DNA of 64,000 nucleotides from Spirochaetota bacterium (GCA_023393015.1 JAEWMY010000037.1:12830-76829); one strand, 5' to 3'. Positions 28,334-36,954 are shown, numbered from the stretch's first letter. Numbers and translations: made by a program. The notes: a model not told the origin generated them from the letters alone.

Positions 28334-29161
28334 TTATAGGATCGAGTGGACCAGCTCCTGTGTGTACGGATGCTGCGGGTCTTCCAGTATCTGGTCGGTC
28401 AGTCCGCTTTCGACTATCTTCCCGTTGAGCATCACCACCGTACGGTCGGCGAGCATGCGAACGACTGTGAGGTCGTGCGAGACGAGTACCACCGTCGACT
28501 TGAGTTCGCGCTGAATCCGGCGCACGAGGTCGAGTACCTTCGCCTGCACGGAAAGGTCGAGTCCGGTCGTTATCTCGTCGAGGAGTAGAACGGGAGGGTT
28601 GTTCGAAAGCGCCCGGGCGATTTGCACGCGCTGCTGCATCCCTCCGGAGAAATTCCTCGGCGCCTCGCGCGAGCGGAAGTCGGGAATGTTGACGTGGGTG
28701 AGAAGCTCGCGCGCGCGCGTTTCCATGGACGAGACGTTCCTGTGCCCGGCGGCGATAAGCTTTTCCGCGATGTTGCTGATCGCGGAAAAATCCATCTTCA
28801 ACCCGTGCGCCGGGTTCTGGTATACCTTCCCGAAGAGATGGTTTCTGATATAGCGTTTTTCCTGGCCGGACACGTTCAGTATGTTCTCCGTTCCGCCCCG
28901 GTAGGCGTCGAGGAAAATCCCGCCCGAGCTCGCTTCCTGGTCGAGGTACACGCATTGCATGAGGGTCGACTTGCCGCTTCCAGACTCGCCGACAATTCCC
29001 AGTATCTCGCCCTCGCACACTTCGAAGCTGACGCCGCCGAGGGCGTGCACGGTCCCGCACTCGGTGCAGTAGTTCCGTTCCGTTTTCTCCGCGCACAGCG
29101 GGCATCCGGGTCCGTACCGCTTCACGAGGTCCCTGACGGAAAGTATCGGTCGCTCATCCAT
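28334..29161 (-). CDS. phnK: C-P lyase system ATP-binding protein PhnK
   Basis: MDERPILSVRDLVKRYGPGCPLCAEKTERNYCTECGTVHALGGVSFEV..GIVGESGSGKSTLMQ...FSGGMQQRVQIARAL...HPYTQELV. The real start is the ATG at 29161. Confidence 0.9.
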   Translation of the reverse strand: MDERPILSVRDLVKRYGPGCPLCAEKTERNYCTECGTVHALGGVSFEVCEGEILGIVGESGSGKSTLMQCVYLDQEASSGGIFLDAYRGGTENILNVSGQEKRYIRNHLFGKVYQNPAHGLKMDFSAISNIAEKLIAAGHRNVSSMETRARELLTHVNIPDFRSREAPRNFSGGMQQRVQIARALSNNPPVLLLDEITTGLDLSVQAKVLDLVRRIQRELKSTVVLVSHDLTVVRMLADRTVVMLNGKIVESGLTDQILEDPQHPYTQELVHSIL

Positions 29162-30005
29162 GCGTGGCCTCCGGTCCGTTGAGCCGCGAAAGGCACCAGT
29201 CCGAGTCGTTGCACCGGTATTCGGATTCTCCCGTCTCGGGATTTTCCGTCTCGTCGAGGAACACCCCCTCGGCTCCGCACAGCGCGCACCGCTTTCCGGG
29301 AAATGATTCCGGTTTGAACGGATGGTCATCGAAGTCGAGCGAGACGGCGCGCGTGTGCGGCGGCACCGCGTAAATCCGCTTTTCGCGGCCGGCGCCGAGC
29401 AGGATAAGCGCCTCTCCCCCGTCGAGCTTCGGGTTGTCGAATTTCGGTATGGGACTCGGCGACATGACATACCGGTCACGCACGAGGACGGGGTGGTCGG
29501 CTCCCGTCGCCATCGTTCCGTAGCGCATTATCTCCTCGAACAGCATGAGATACGCGCCGCTGTAGTCGCGCTCGGAATGGAGACGCTTCGTGACGCGCTC
29601 GCTCGGCTCGATGTTCCGCAAGGGTTCCGGCATCGGGACTTGCAGGACGAGAATCTGGTTCGCTGAGAGCGGCTTTTCAGGCACGCGATGCCTGCTCTGT
29701 ATGAGCGTCGCCTCTTCCGTACGGTCGGTAATCCGTATACCGGTCGTGTCGACGACTAGTTTTTTTATGTTGACCGCGTTGACCGACTCGTCGCAGCCCT
29801 GGTCTATGACCTTGAGCACGTCGTCCCTGCCGACGAGCGAGAGCGTCAGCTGGAGTCCGCCGGTTCCCCAGCCGCGCGCGATGGGCATCTCGCGCGACGC
29901 GAAGGGAACCTGATATCCCGGTATCGCGATCGCCTTCAGGATAGCCCTCCTGATTTCCCGCTTCGATCCCTCGTCGAAGAAGGCGAAGTGCGTCCGTTCG
30001 TTCAT
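29154..30005 (-). CDS. phnJ: Carbon-phosphorus lyase catalytic subunit PhnJ
   Basis: FAFFDEGSKREIRRAILKAIAIPGYQVPFASREMPIARGWGTGGLQLTLSL and a C-terminal Cys cluster CALCGAEG...C (radical-SAM-type 4Fe-4S site of PhnJ). Confidence 0.95.
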   Translation of the reverse strand: MNERTHFAFFDEGSKREIRRAILKAIAIPGYQVPFASREMPIARGWGTGGLQLTLSLVGRDDVLKVIDQGCDESVNAVNIKKLVVDTTGIRITDRTEEATLIQSRHRVPEKPLSANQILVLQVPMPEPLRNIEPSERVTKRLHSERDYSGAYLMLFEEIMRYGTMATGADHPVLVRDRYVMSPSPIPKFDNPKLDGGEALILLGAGREKRIYAVPPHTRAVSLDFDDHPFKPESFPGKRCALCGAEGVFLDETENPETGESEYRCNDSDWCLSRLNGPEATHG

Positions 30006-31162
30006 GTCCCTTTCCCTCCCCGCGCTTTCCTGACCCCGTCGAGTTTCGCCTGGAACGTCACGTAGTGGGGCAGCTTGAGATGCGAGATGAACCCGGTCGA
30101 CTCGACGGAGTCGACGTGGTACAGGACGAACTCCTCGTCGTGCGTGGGGAACCGCGCGTCTCCCGTCTCGAGGCAGTAGTCGAGGATGCTCATCGCTATC
30201 GCTTTGGTCTCGTTCTGCCCGAAGGTGACGCCGTACCCGATTTCGAATTCGATTTCCGTCTTGCCGCGTCCCCGCTCGACCGGAACGGGTATGAGCGATT
30301 CGACCTCGGTCACGCGGACTTCGCCGACGTAGTACCCGTCGCCTTCATCCGCGTCTTTCCCGCCTTCGGCGGGGGAGTCTACCACGAGCGGGATCATGCC
30401 GACCCTGAGCTCCCCGACGGTGGGGTGGGCGAGGCCGTAGCCGCGGAGGGCGGCGTAGCCGAGCGCCGTGACGGCGCCCGTTTGCCCGCGCGCGAGGATT
30501 TGTAGCCGCTCGGCCCTCGTGGTCGGGAAGGAAAGGCCCTTCATCGTAATGTCCGCGGGCTCGTCGTCGCGCCGCGGCCGATCGGGTAGCAGTCCCTCGC
30601 GACGGAGATACTCGAGCACCTTCGGCAGTCGCGCCGACGCGCCGCCTGTCTCCGCGCAACACGCTTCCGCGCAACCAGCTTCCGCTCCGCGCGGTTCGGA
30701 GTCGTCGTCCATGCGGGACTCCCACGCCGCCGTCCATTCGCGGGCCGATTCGTCCGTCTCCCCGCAGAGGGAGAAATCGATGAGCCGATGCGCGTAGTCC
30801 GTGGAGGCGCCGAGTATCTGTCCGCCGGGGACGTCCTTGAAACACGCCGATATCCGGCGTTCTACCCGCATCGTTTCCGGGTCGACCGTACGGGTATACC
30901 GCTTTCTCGGCAGGGTCGACCGGAACGCCCTCAGGAGAAATACGGCCTCTTCGGGGCTTCCCTCGGCCTGCTTGATCGCGACTGAGGCGAGCTCCGCGTC
31001 GTAAAGACTCCCCTCCGCCATGACCTGGTCTATCAACTGGCGAAGCCCGTTCTCGATGGAGCGGACCGGTATCGAGGTTCCTCCCTTGAGCCGGGCCAGT
31101 TTCAGGCGCTCGAGGGATTCGTCTATCGCCTTTCTTCCCCCGCGAACCGCGACGTACGCCAT
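30002..31162 (-). CDS. phnI: C-P lyase core complex subunit PhnI
   Basis: MAYVAVRGGRKAIDESLERLKLARL...LIDQVMAEGSLYD...AIKQAEGSPEEAVFLLRAFRSTL. The real start is the ATG at 31162, sharing one base with the phnH stop (TGATG). Confidence 0.95.
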   Translation of the reverse strand: MAYVAVRGGRKAIDESLERLKLARLKGGTSIPVRSIENGLRQLIDQVMAEGSLYDAELASVAIKQAEGSPEEAVFLLRAFRSTLPRKRYTRTVDPETMRVERRISACFKDVPGGQILGASTDYAHRLIDFSLCGETDESAREWTAAWESRMDDDSEPRGAEAGCAEACCAETGGASARLPKVLEYLRREGLLPDRPRRDDEPADITMKGLSFPTTRAERLQILARGQTGAVTALGYAALRGYGLAHPTVGELRVGMIPLVVDSPAEGGKDADEGDGYYVGEVRVTEVESLIPVPVERGRGKTEIEFEIGYGVTFGQNETKAIAMSILDYCLETGDARFPTHDEEFVLYHVDSVESTGFISHLKLPHYVTFQAKLDGVRKARGGKGT

Positions 31163-31773
31163 CAGGAGCCTCCCCGTTTTTCCGTTATGATCGTCGTTCG
31201 TGGGAAGGCGACCGCCTTTCCGGCAGGCGTGACGAAGATGACGTCGACTCCGAGCGGGTATTCCGCGTTTTTCGCGTTGCGGCCGGCGAGCCATTCGCCT
31301 CCGCGGACCACGGCGCATTCGGCGCTGCCGCGGATGCCGGGACCCCTGAGCGACAGGCTTTCCGCGTCGTGAACGTCCCCCGCGCCGAGTATGTCCCGCG
31401 CGCCGAGTATGACGGTCGAGCCGAGATGCGGATCGAGCAGGGTACCGGGCGAGCACGATCCGATGACGGCGTTCGTGTCCGCGTCCGCGTCCGGAACGAA
31501 CACGAAGGCCGCGGTCTCGACCGTTCCCCGGGGCGCGTAGGTCAGCGCGGAAACCGCGGTCGCGAAGGCGTCGGGGTCGCCAGAACTGACCGCGAAGGCC
31601 GTCTCGCCGTCGAGGAGCGTCAGGGCGATGAGGAGGAATTCCGGCGCGAATCCCGCGTCGTCCCCTATCTTTCCCGCTTCGGGACCGAGGTTGACGATCG
31701 TTCCCGGTCGCGCGTGGGCCGAGATCAGCTTGCGGAAGGCGGATTGAAGGTCGTGCACGCGGTCAATCGTCAT
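31162..31773 (-). CDS. phnH: C-P lyase core complex subunit PhnH
   Basis: HDLQSAFRKLISAHARPGTIV...LSLRGPGI...YPLGVDVIFV...AFPRTT follows the pattern I recall for E. coli PhnH. Confidence 0.85.
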   Translation of the reverse strand: MTIDRVHDLQSAFRKLISAHARPGTIVNLGPEAGKIGDDAGFAPEFLLIALTLLDGETAFAVSSGDPDAFATAVSALTYAPRGTVETAAFVFVPDADADTNAVIGSCSPGTLLDPHLGSTVILGARDILGAGDVHDAESLSLRGPGIRGSAECAVVRGGEWLAGRNAKNAEYPLGVDVIFVTPAGKAVAFPRTTIITEKRGGS

Positions 31774-31776
31774 CGG

Positions 31777-32211
31777 TCACGCCTCCGGCCTGTCCATCGT
31801 CTCGAACGACACGCGGGTGCGCGAAATCGCGCGGTTCTCCCGCGCGATCCGTTCCTCTATCGTACGCTCTTCCGCGATCAGTCGCCCGCTCCAGGCCTCG
31901 GTCTCGGGAAGACGCGCCGCGTACGCCGCGTCGACGATCGCGAGGTTCGTCGCGAGCTCGGGCTTCCTGCCCGCGACTATCCCGATCCCGACGGTTCCGG
32001 CCACGATCGCCTTCGCCTCGGTTACGAGCGCCTCGCCGAGGTTGTACACCGAGTTCCGCGCGCTCTCGCGCATGCGGATCATCGCGAGCCCCTCGTTCGC
32101 GTTCTCGAGCGCGGTTACCCGGTGCCCGCGCTCGATCTCGCCGGCGAGCGAACGCGCCAGGCCTTCGTCCCCTTCGACGAGAATCCTCGTCCTTCTGAGC
32201 CGTGTCATCAT
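31777..32211 (-). CDS. phnG: C-P lyase core complex subunit PhnG
   Basis: 144 aa, first gene of the operon. The central GLAMIRMRESARNSVYNLGEALVTEA and the C-terminal TRVSFETM resemble E. coli PhnG (..TRVDFFTM). Confidence 0.85.
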   Translation of the reverse strand: MMTRLRRTRILVEGDEGLARSLAGEIERGHRVTALENANEGLAMIRMRESARNSVYNLGEALVTEAKAIVAGTVGIGIVAGRKPELATNLAIVDAAYAARLPETEAWSGRLIAEERTIEERIARENRAISRTRVSFETMDRPEA

Positions 32212-32314
32212 GGCGCGATCCTAGCGTTACCGCGTGAGAAACTCGTTACGAAAGGGTGTGAAAACGGTTCAGAGTAGATTAATGAGGAAGGACGGGGTTT
32301 GGACGCTCGCGCCG

Positions 32315-32800
32315 CTATGTCCCGGTTTGAACCGATTCGGCGTAATGGTCGCGGGCCGCGCCCCTTTCCTGCTCGTTGAGAAGCGCGTCCATCTCGCCGA
32401 GATGGTACTGGCCGTGACGGATCAAGAAGAGGGCGACGCCGCCCATCGTGGTCCCCGCCCAGGGAAAATCGGCGTTTGCGTCATCGATATCCATCGTCCG
32501 TATCCATCGATCCGTTTTCGCCCGCATGCTCCCGATGAGATCGAGGACGTCGTCGCGGCCCGGCAGGTTCTCCCGCGGAAGATCCATGTTCCTTACGGTC
32601 GTGGATAGTCCGTTGAGGAAGACAATCGGCTCCCCGTCGCTGATGTAGAATCTCGTGCTTTCTATTATATGATACGCGAGGCGCGCGGGCGTGGTCAGAC
32701 CATACCCGCTTTCGGTCCAGAAGGGATCGCGAAAATCGCGGACGATCCTCTAGAAGGTCCTCCATAAGTGTCCGTACTGTTCCGTGAAAGCCGTTTTCAT
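32315..32800 (-). pseudogene. DinB-family (DinB_2-like) gene interrupted by a single in-frame TAG at codon 17
   Basis: The ATG at 32800 is preceded by GGAGGAGA. The reading is MKTAFTEQYGHLWRTF-TAG(32752..32750)-RIVRDFRDPFWTESGYGLTTPARLAYHIIEST...MDLPRENLPG...FLIRHGQYHLGEMDALL. The putative His triad (AYH, H-x3-H) spans both sides of the stop. Confidence 0.7.
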
Positions 32801-32917
32801 GATGTCTCCTCCATTTCGGATATTCGCAGTGTATCATGGAAACCGCGCGGGGTCGCGTTTGCATTTATATCTCGCGATGACTATACTTTATACAGTAACT
32901 TTTTCCGGAGGAATGAA

Positions 32918-33289
32918 ATGAAAAGATTTCTTGTGGCCCTCGCGTTTCTTTTGGTAGCCTCGGCCCTCGTTTCCGCCGACTCGATCGATCTCGGCAAGTT
33001 TCCCAAGGGGAAATGGGTCGACAAGAATTGGGACGCGGTGTGGGAGTTCGGCGCCGACAGTATTCGCCTGCTCGATACGGCGGGGAACGTCATCTTCGAT
33101 TTCAAGAACAAGATCACGGACTTCAAGGTAAACGTCGGCGTTTCGGAGGCGAGTATCTCCTTTACCTGCGAGGAAACCGAACGAAAGTACGTCTTTACCA
33201 AGGGCGTATCCGATCTCGATCTCGTCATGAAGATCGATCCGGACTGGACCGCTACCGACTACACGGTGACGATGAAGATGCGGAATTAG
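32918..33289 (+). CDS. Small secreted protein, unknown function
   Basis: 123 aa. The ATG at 32918 follows GGAGGAATGAA. Signal peptide MKRFLVALAFLLVASALVSA, then a beta-rich sequence. Confidence 0.6.
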   Translation: MKRFLVALAFLLVASALVSADSIDLGKFPKGKWVDKNWDAVWEFGADSIRLLDTAGNVIFDFKNKITDFKVNVGVSEASISFTCEETERKYVFTKGVSDLDLVMKIDPDWTATDYTVTMKMRN

Positions 33290-33294
33290 GTGAC

Positions 33295-33320
33295 GAGTCG
33301 CCGGTTTCGGCCGGCGACTC
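33295..33320. terminator. Bidirectional GC hairpin between convergent genes
   Basis: GAGTCGCCGG-tttcgg-CCGGCGACTC, a perfect 10-bp stem located between the stop at 33289 (+) and the stop at 33333 (-). The T-tract is weak. Confidence 0.5.
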
Positions 33321-33332
33321 CGTTTGATACGA

Positions 33333-33797
33333 TTATTTCAGAAACGCCCCGAGGAGGCTTCCGATTTCCCCGAGGTCGAGATCGCCCGACGCCTTCTTGA
33401 CGTGCGCGTCGTCGGTGTCGCCGTCCGGCGTCAGGGCGTCGATTATCATCGGAAGGCTTTTCGCGAGGCCCGATGCTACGGACGAGGACGTCATGCCGGT
33501 TTTTTTGACCAGCTCGTTGATAAGGGGAGAGCCGAGGACCTTCTTGATTTGGGCTGCCGTAATCGACTGGTTTTTTCCCGGTTGAATCCACGATAGCACC
33601 TTTTTTTCGAGGCCGGCGTCCTTGAACATCTCGATCAGCTTGGGAACTCCGACCCTGAGTACGATGTCGAATACGGCCTCCGCGAGTTGTGACCCTTGCG
33701 CACCCCGGGCGGCGCTCGCCTTAGTCGTCTTTTTTCCTTTTTTCCCTTTCGTGCTTCCACCCAAAAACTCGGAAGCGAGCGATTCCAGAATTCCCAT
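33333..33797 (-). CDS. yidB: YidB-family (DUF937) protein
   Basis: MGILESLASEFLGG...VLSWIQPGKNQSITAAQIKKVLGS...SSVASGLAKSLPMIIDALTPDGD...LLGAFLK parallels E. coli YidB (..ILSTWLSNQQRNQSVSGEQLESALG..LAEQLPKIIDALSPQGE..). Confidence 0.75.
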   Translation of the reverse strand: MGILESLASEFLGGSTKGKKGKKTTKASAARGAQGSQLAEAVFDIVLRVGVPKLIEMFKDAGLEKKVLSWIQPGKNQSITAAQIKKVLGSPLINELVKKTGMTSSSVASGLAKSLPMIIDALTPDGDTDDAHVKKASGDLDLGEIGSLLGAFLK

Positions 33798-33882
33798 GAT
33801 TCCTCCAGACGATACGGTCTGACTACAGGGTCGCGCCGATATCCGTTTCTGTCAATACGAAGAATCGGCTTTCCCTTTATCA

Positions 33883-33911
33883 TTGACAAAGGACGGCGCC
33901 GACTCGATAAT
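33883..33911 (+). promoter_or_regulatory. Sigma70-like promoter for the 33975 membrane-protein gene
   Basis: TTGACA (33883-33888), a 17-nt spacer, then GATAAT (33906-33911). AGGAGG RBS at 33964-33969. Confidence 0.5.
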
Positions 33912-33974
33912 GAGCGTTCCGGCACAACCGGAATCGCGCGGTTCGATCATCGCCGCGCGTTCAGGAGGAAATAC

Positions 33975-34718
33975 ATGGCTGAGAAGAAAGCAAGCAAATC
34001 GGATACGACCGCGGCCGGTTGGACCGCGAGTCCCGAAGCGAAGAAGAAGGCGGGGAGTTTCAGGCTTGTCGCGATCCTGTCATGGGTCGTCGCCATCGCG
34101 TTCGAAGCGCTCGCGATCCTGCTGCTCGTCAAGGGCGAGGTAATGCCGAAGTTCATGGGCGATAACCTCATGGCGTGGCTTATCGTTCTTATCGTTCTCG
34201 ATCTCGTATTCGTCGTCGCGGGCACGCTCCTGTGGAAAAAGGCGAACCGTCTCGACCCGGCCTCGGAGAAGGATACCGTCCGGTTCTTCGTGCAGAATCA
34301 GCTCGGAGTGATTATCGCCGTCATCGCGTTCCTTCCCGTGATCGTGGTCGTTTTCAAGAGCAAGAAGCTCGACGGCAAGCAGAAGGGAATCATCGGCGCG
34401 ATCGCCATCGTAGCCCTTCTCGGCGCCGCGATTCTGGGCGTCGATCTCGATCCCGCGTCAATCGAGAAATATACCGAAGAGACGAAACAGGTTACCGACC
34501 TTACGGGTCAGAACATCGTGCACTGGACGACGAAGGGCGGAAGCTATCACCTCTTCAAGGACTGCTTTCACATCAAGGACAGGGAAGCGGGTACCGGCTC
34601 GCCGGGAACGGTCGCCGACGCGAAGTCGAACCAGAACATCACCGATCTTTGCGACGACTGCGTGAAGCGATACAAGAAAGAAAACCCCGAGGCCGCAACC
34701 GTACCTACGGTGAACTAG
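33975..34718 (+). CDS. Membrane protein with a C-terminal His/Cys (putative Zn-binding) domain
   Basis: Real start is the ATG at 33975 after AGGAGG. There are four hydrophobic spans, and the C-terminus is HWTTKGGSYHLFKDCFHIKD...ITDLCDDCVKRYK (YH-x4-C ... C-x2-C). Confidence 0.7.
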   Translation: MAEKKASKSDTTAAGWTASPEAKKKAGSFRLVAILSWVVAIAFEALAILLLVKGEVMPKFMGDNLMAWLIVLIVLDLVFVVAGTLLWKKANRLDPASEKDTVRFFVQNQLGVIIAVIAFLPVIVVVFKSKKLDGKQKGIIGAIAIVALLGAAILGVDLDPASIEKYTEETKQVTDLTGQNIVHWTTKGGSYHLFKDCFHIKDREAGTGSPGTVADAKSNQNITDLCDDCVKRYKKENPEAATVPTVN

Positions 34719-35859
34719 GCGCGAGGCGATACAGGGCCCCGTCGGCGGAGTCGGTCAGAAGGTAGACCGCGCCGTCCGGGCCCTCGCGTACGTCGCGTAT
34801 GCGCCCGACGGCGCCCGAGAGAAGCGTCTCGACGGACACTGCCCGGCGAGTATCGACCGTCAAGCGAACGAGCCGTTGTCCGGCGAGGTTTCCCGAGAAG
34901 AGGCTTCCTTTCCACGCGGGAACGCCGGTTCCGGAATGCAGTACGAGCCCCGAGGGGGCGATGGACGGCGTCCACTGCAGGAGCGGTCCTTCGATCCCCC
35001 GCTTCGATACGCCCTCGCCGATCGCCGCGCCCGAACCGTAGTGTCTGCCGTACGTGACGACGGGCCATCCGTAATTTTTTCCGGGAAGGATGAGGTTGAG
35101 CTCGTCTCCTCCTTGCGGCCCGTGCTCGGTCGCCCAGACGGTACCGCCCGACGGATCGACCGCGAGTCCCTGGACGTTCCGGTGACCGTAACTGTACACC
35201 GAGGGCAGGGCGCCGGGCGTCGTTGCGAAGGGATTGTCGCGGGGAATCGATCCGTCCGCGTTGACGCGGTGTATCTTTCCCGCCTCGTCCGAAAGATCCT
35301 GTGCCCGTTCCGCCGAGCCCCGGTCGCCTACGCTGAATAGGAGCGTCGCGTCGGGAAGTACGGCGATTCGCGAACCGAAGTGCTGTCCCGCGCCCGTTTT
35401 CTTCGACATCTCCCAGATAACCCGGAGGTCCCCGAGGTTCGTTCCGTCGAGCCGCGCGCGCGCGACCGCCGTCCCCCTGGCCGACTGGTCGCCCGCGGAA
35501 TAGGTCAGAAAGACGGTTCCCCGTCGCGCGAAATCAGGTCCGAGGGCGATGTCGAGGAGGCCGCCTTGTCCGCCCGCCGCCACCTCCGGCACGCCCGAAA
35601 CGCGCGTCACCCGGCCGTTTCCGACGCGAAGCAGGTTTCCCCGGCGTTCCGTCACGAGGAAGTCGCCGTCGGGCAAAAAGGCGAACGACCAGGGATGATG
35701 CAATCCCGACACGATCCTGGTAAGGGAAAGCGCTCCGATCTCCGAAGGAACCGTGCCGACGCGCCGCTCGGCGACGTCGCCTTTCTCCGTTCCAAAGACC
35801 GAGGAAGCGGCGACGCACGCTGAAAAAGCAATCGGTATGATGGCGATTATTCGTTTCAT
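34705..35859 (-). CDS. Soluble PQQ-dependent aldose sugar dehydrogenase (YliI/Asd-like beta-propeller)
   Basis: Signal peptide, then GLHHPWSFAFLPDGDFLVTERRGNLLRV...GGLLDIALGPDF...HFGSRIAV...GKIHRVNADGSIPRDNPF...YSYGHRNVQGLA...TEHGPQGGDELNLILPGKNYGWP. Confidence 0.9.
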   Translation of the reverse strand: MKRIIAIIPIAFSACVAASSVFGTEKGDVAERRVGTVPSEIGALSLTRIVSGLHHPWSFAFLPDGDFLVTERRGNLLRVGNGRVTRVSGVPEVAAGGQGGLLDIALGPDFARRGTVFLTYSAGDQSARGTAVARARLDGTNLGDLRVIWEMSKKTGAGQHFGSRIAVLPDATLLFSVGDRGSAERAQDLSDEAGKIHRVNADGSIPRDNPFATTPGALPSVYSYGHRNVQGLAVDPSGGTVWATEHGPQGGDELNLILPGKNYGWPVVTYGRHYGSGAAIGEGVSKRGIEGPLLQWTPSIAPSGLVLHSGTGVPAWKGSLFSGNLAGQRLVRLTVDTRRAVSVETLLSGAVGRIRDVREGPDGAVYLLTDSADGALYRLAPSSP

Positions 35860-35938
35860 GGCGTTTTCCTCCCTCGCCCAATGCTACTTATGGAACGTGG
35901 TGTGGGGCAATCGAATTCGCGCGGGCGTTCCGTCGCGC

Positions 35939-35967
35939 TTGACCGCGGGCTCTCGCGGGTTTATCTT
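35939..35967 (+). promoter_or_regulatory. Sigma70-like promoter upstream of the Rrf2 regulator pair
   Basis: TTGACC (35939-35944), a 17-nt spacer containing the palindrome CCGCG-N6-CGCGG, then TATCTT (35962-35967). Confidence 0.4.
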
Positions 35968-35998
35968 TAGAAAGACGCCGATTTTACTAGGAGTTTTT

Positions 35999-36436
35999 AT
36001 GAGGATATCCACGAGGGGACAATATTCCCTTGAGGCCCTGCTCTATTTGGCCTCGCTTCCCTCGGGAGACTTCGCGAGTATACGGGCCATTTCGGCCGCA
36101 ACCGGTATTTCCGACGGGTATCTCGAGCAACTCTTTATCGGGTTGAAAAAAGAGGGAATCATTCAGGGAATTCGGGGGGCCCGCGGGGGCTATGTGGTCG
36201 GTCGTGATCCGGCCGAGATTACCGTGGGGGACGTACTACGGGCCGTTGAAGGGACGCTCGAGCCCGTCGCCTGCCTTTCGTCGGGAACCTGTCCGTCCGA
36301 GGCTGCCTGTATAACGCGCCATACCTGGTCCCATCTCTATCGCGAGATAAGCGGTTTCGTCGATTCGATAACCCTCGCGGATCTCGCCCGGGAGTACGAA
36401 ACGGAGTTGATGGCGGAGAAGGGGTACGTGCTATGA
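35999..36436 (+). CDS. Rrf2-family regulator with an IscR-type Cys cluster
   Basis: MRISTRGQYSLEALLYLA...ISDGYLEQLFIGLKKEGIIQGIRGARGGY, then CLSSGTCPSEAACITRH (C-x5-C-x5-C-x3-H, resembling the IscR Fe-S ligands). Start is the ATG at 35999. Confidence 0.85.
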   Translation: MRISTRGQYSLEALLYLASLPSGDFASIRAISAATGISDGYLEQLFIGLKKEGIIQGIRGARGGYVVGRDPAEITVGDVLRAVEGTLEPVACLSSGTCPSEAACITRHTWSHLYREISGFVDSITLADLAREYETELMAEKGYVL

Positions 36437-36867
36437 AATTGTCGACACGCGGGCGATACGGGATCCGCCTCCTGATCGATCTCGCCGAGCATGCCAACGA
36501 GCCGCACGTGTCCCTCGCGAGCGTCGCCGAGCGGCAAGCGATCTCCGCCCGATATCTCGAGCAGGTGGCGGTAATCCTACGCCGCTGCGGGTATATCCGT
36601 TCCGTCAAGGGCGCTTCCGGCGGGTATACCCTCGCGAGAAATCCCTCTTCCATAGGTATAGGCGACGCCCTTCGAGATCTCGAGGGAGACATGTTCCTTG
36701 TCGATCCCCTCAGACCCGGCGAAAGCGAGAACGCGCTTCGGCGTTGTATCAGACGTGTCGTGTATGATCGTCTGAACGAGCGTGTCGCGGCCGTTGTTGA
36801 CGGCATAACCGTAGCTTCCATTATCGGGACTGTCGATCCGGACGAGTCCTATATGTACTATATCTAA
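36433..36867 (+). CDS. Rrf2-family regulator without a Cys cluster (CymR-like)
   Basis: MKLSTRGRYGIRLLIDLAEH...ISARYLEQVAVILRRCGYIRSVKGASGGYTLA. There is no three-Cys motif. ATGA overlap with the upstream Rrf2 gene, directly upstream of cysK. Confidence 0.85.
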   Translation: MKLSTRGRYGIRLLIDLAEHANEPHVSLASVAERQAISARYLEQVAVILRRCGYIRSVKGASGGYTLARNPSSIGIGDALRDLEGDMFLVDPLRPGESENALRRCIRRVVYDRLNERVAAVVDGITVASIIGTVDPDESYMYYI

Positions 36868-36925
36868 GCAGTTTCTGTTTTTTTTTTATAGCCTAGTAAA
36901 ACGCTAATAATAATACATAAAAAGC

Positions 36926-36954
36926 TTGACAAGTTTGATCGGAAATTATATATA
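36926..36954 (+). promoter_or_regulatory. Near-consensus sigma70 promoter in the A/T-rich spacer upstream of cysK
   Basis: TTGACA (36926-36931), a 17-nt spacer, then TATATA (36949-36954), within an unusually A/T-rich 140-nt intergenic region. Confidence 0.5.

Noticed and set aside
27102-29105. Long N-terminal extensions of track ORFs: 27102..29105, 25772..27067, 30002..31456, 28334..29479, 56352..58787, 21986..23335, 11627..13324, 23226..24140 and 33696..34718.
   Set aside because: The extensions run through the upstream neighbour's coding sequence, are Arg-rich nonsense, and are followed by an internal ATG that yields the canonical family N-terminus, often with an RBS or a 1-11 nt overlap with the upstream stop. 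The shorter starts were used.
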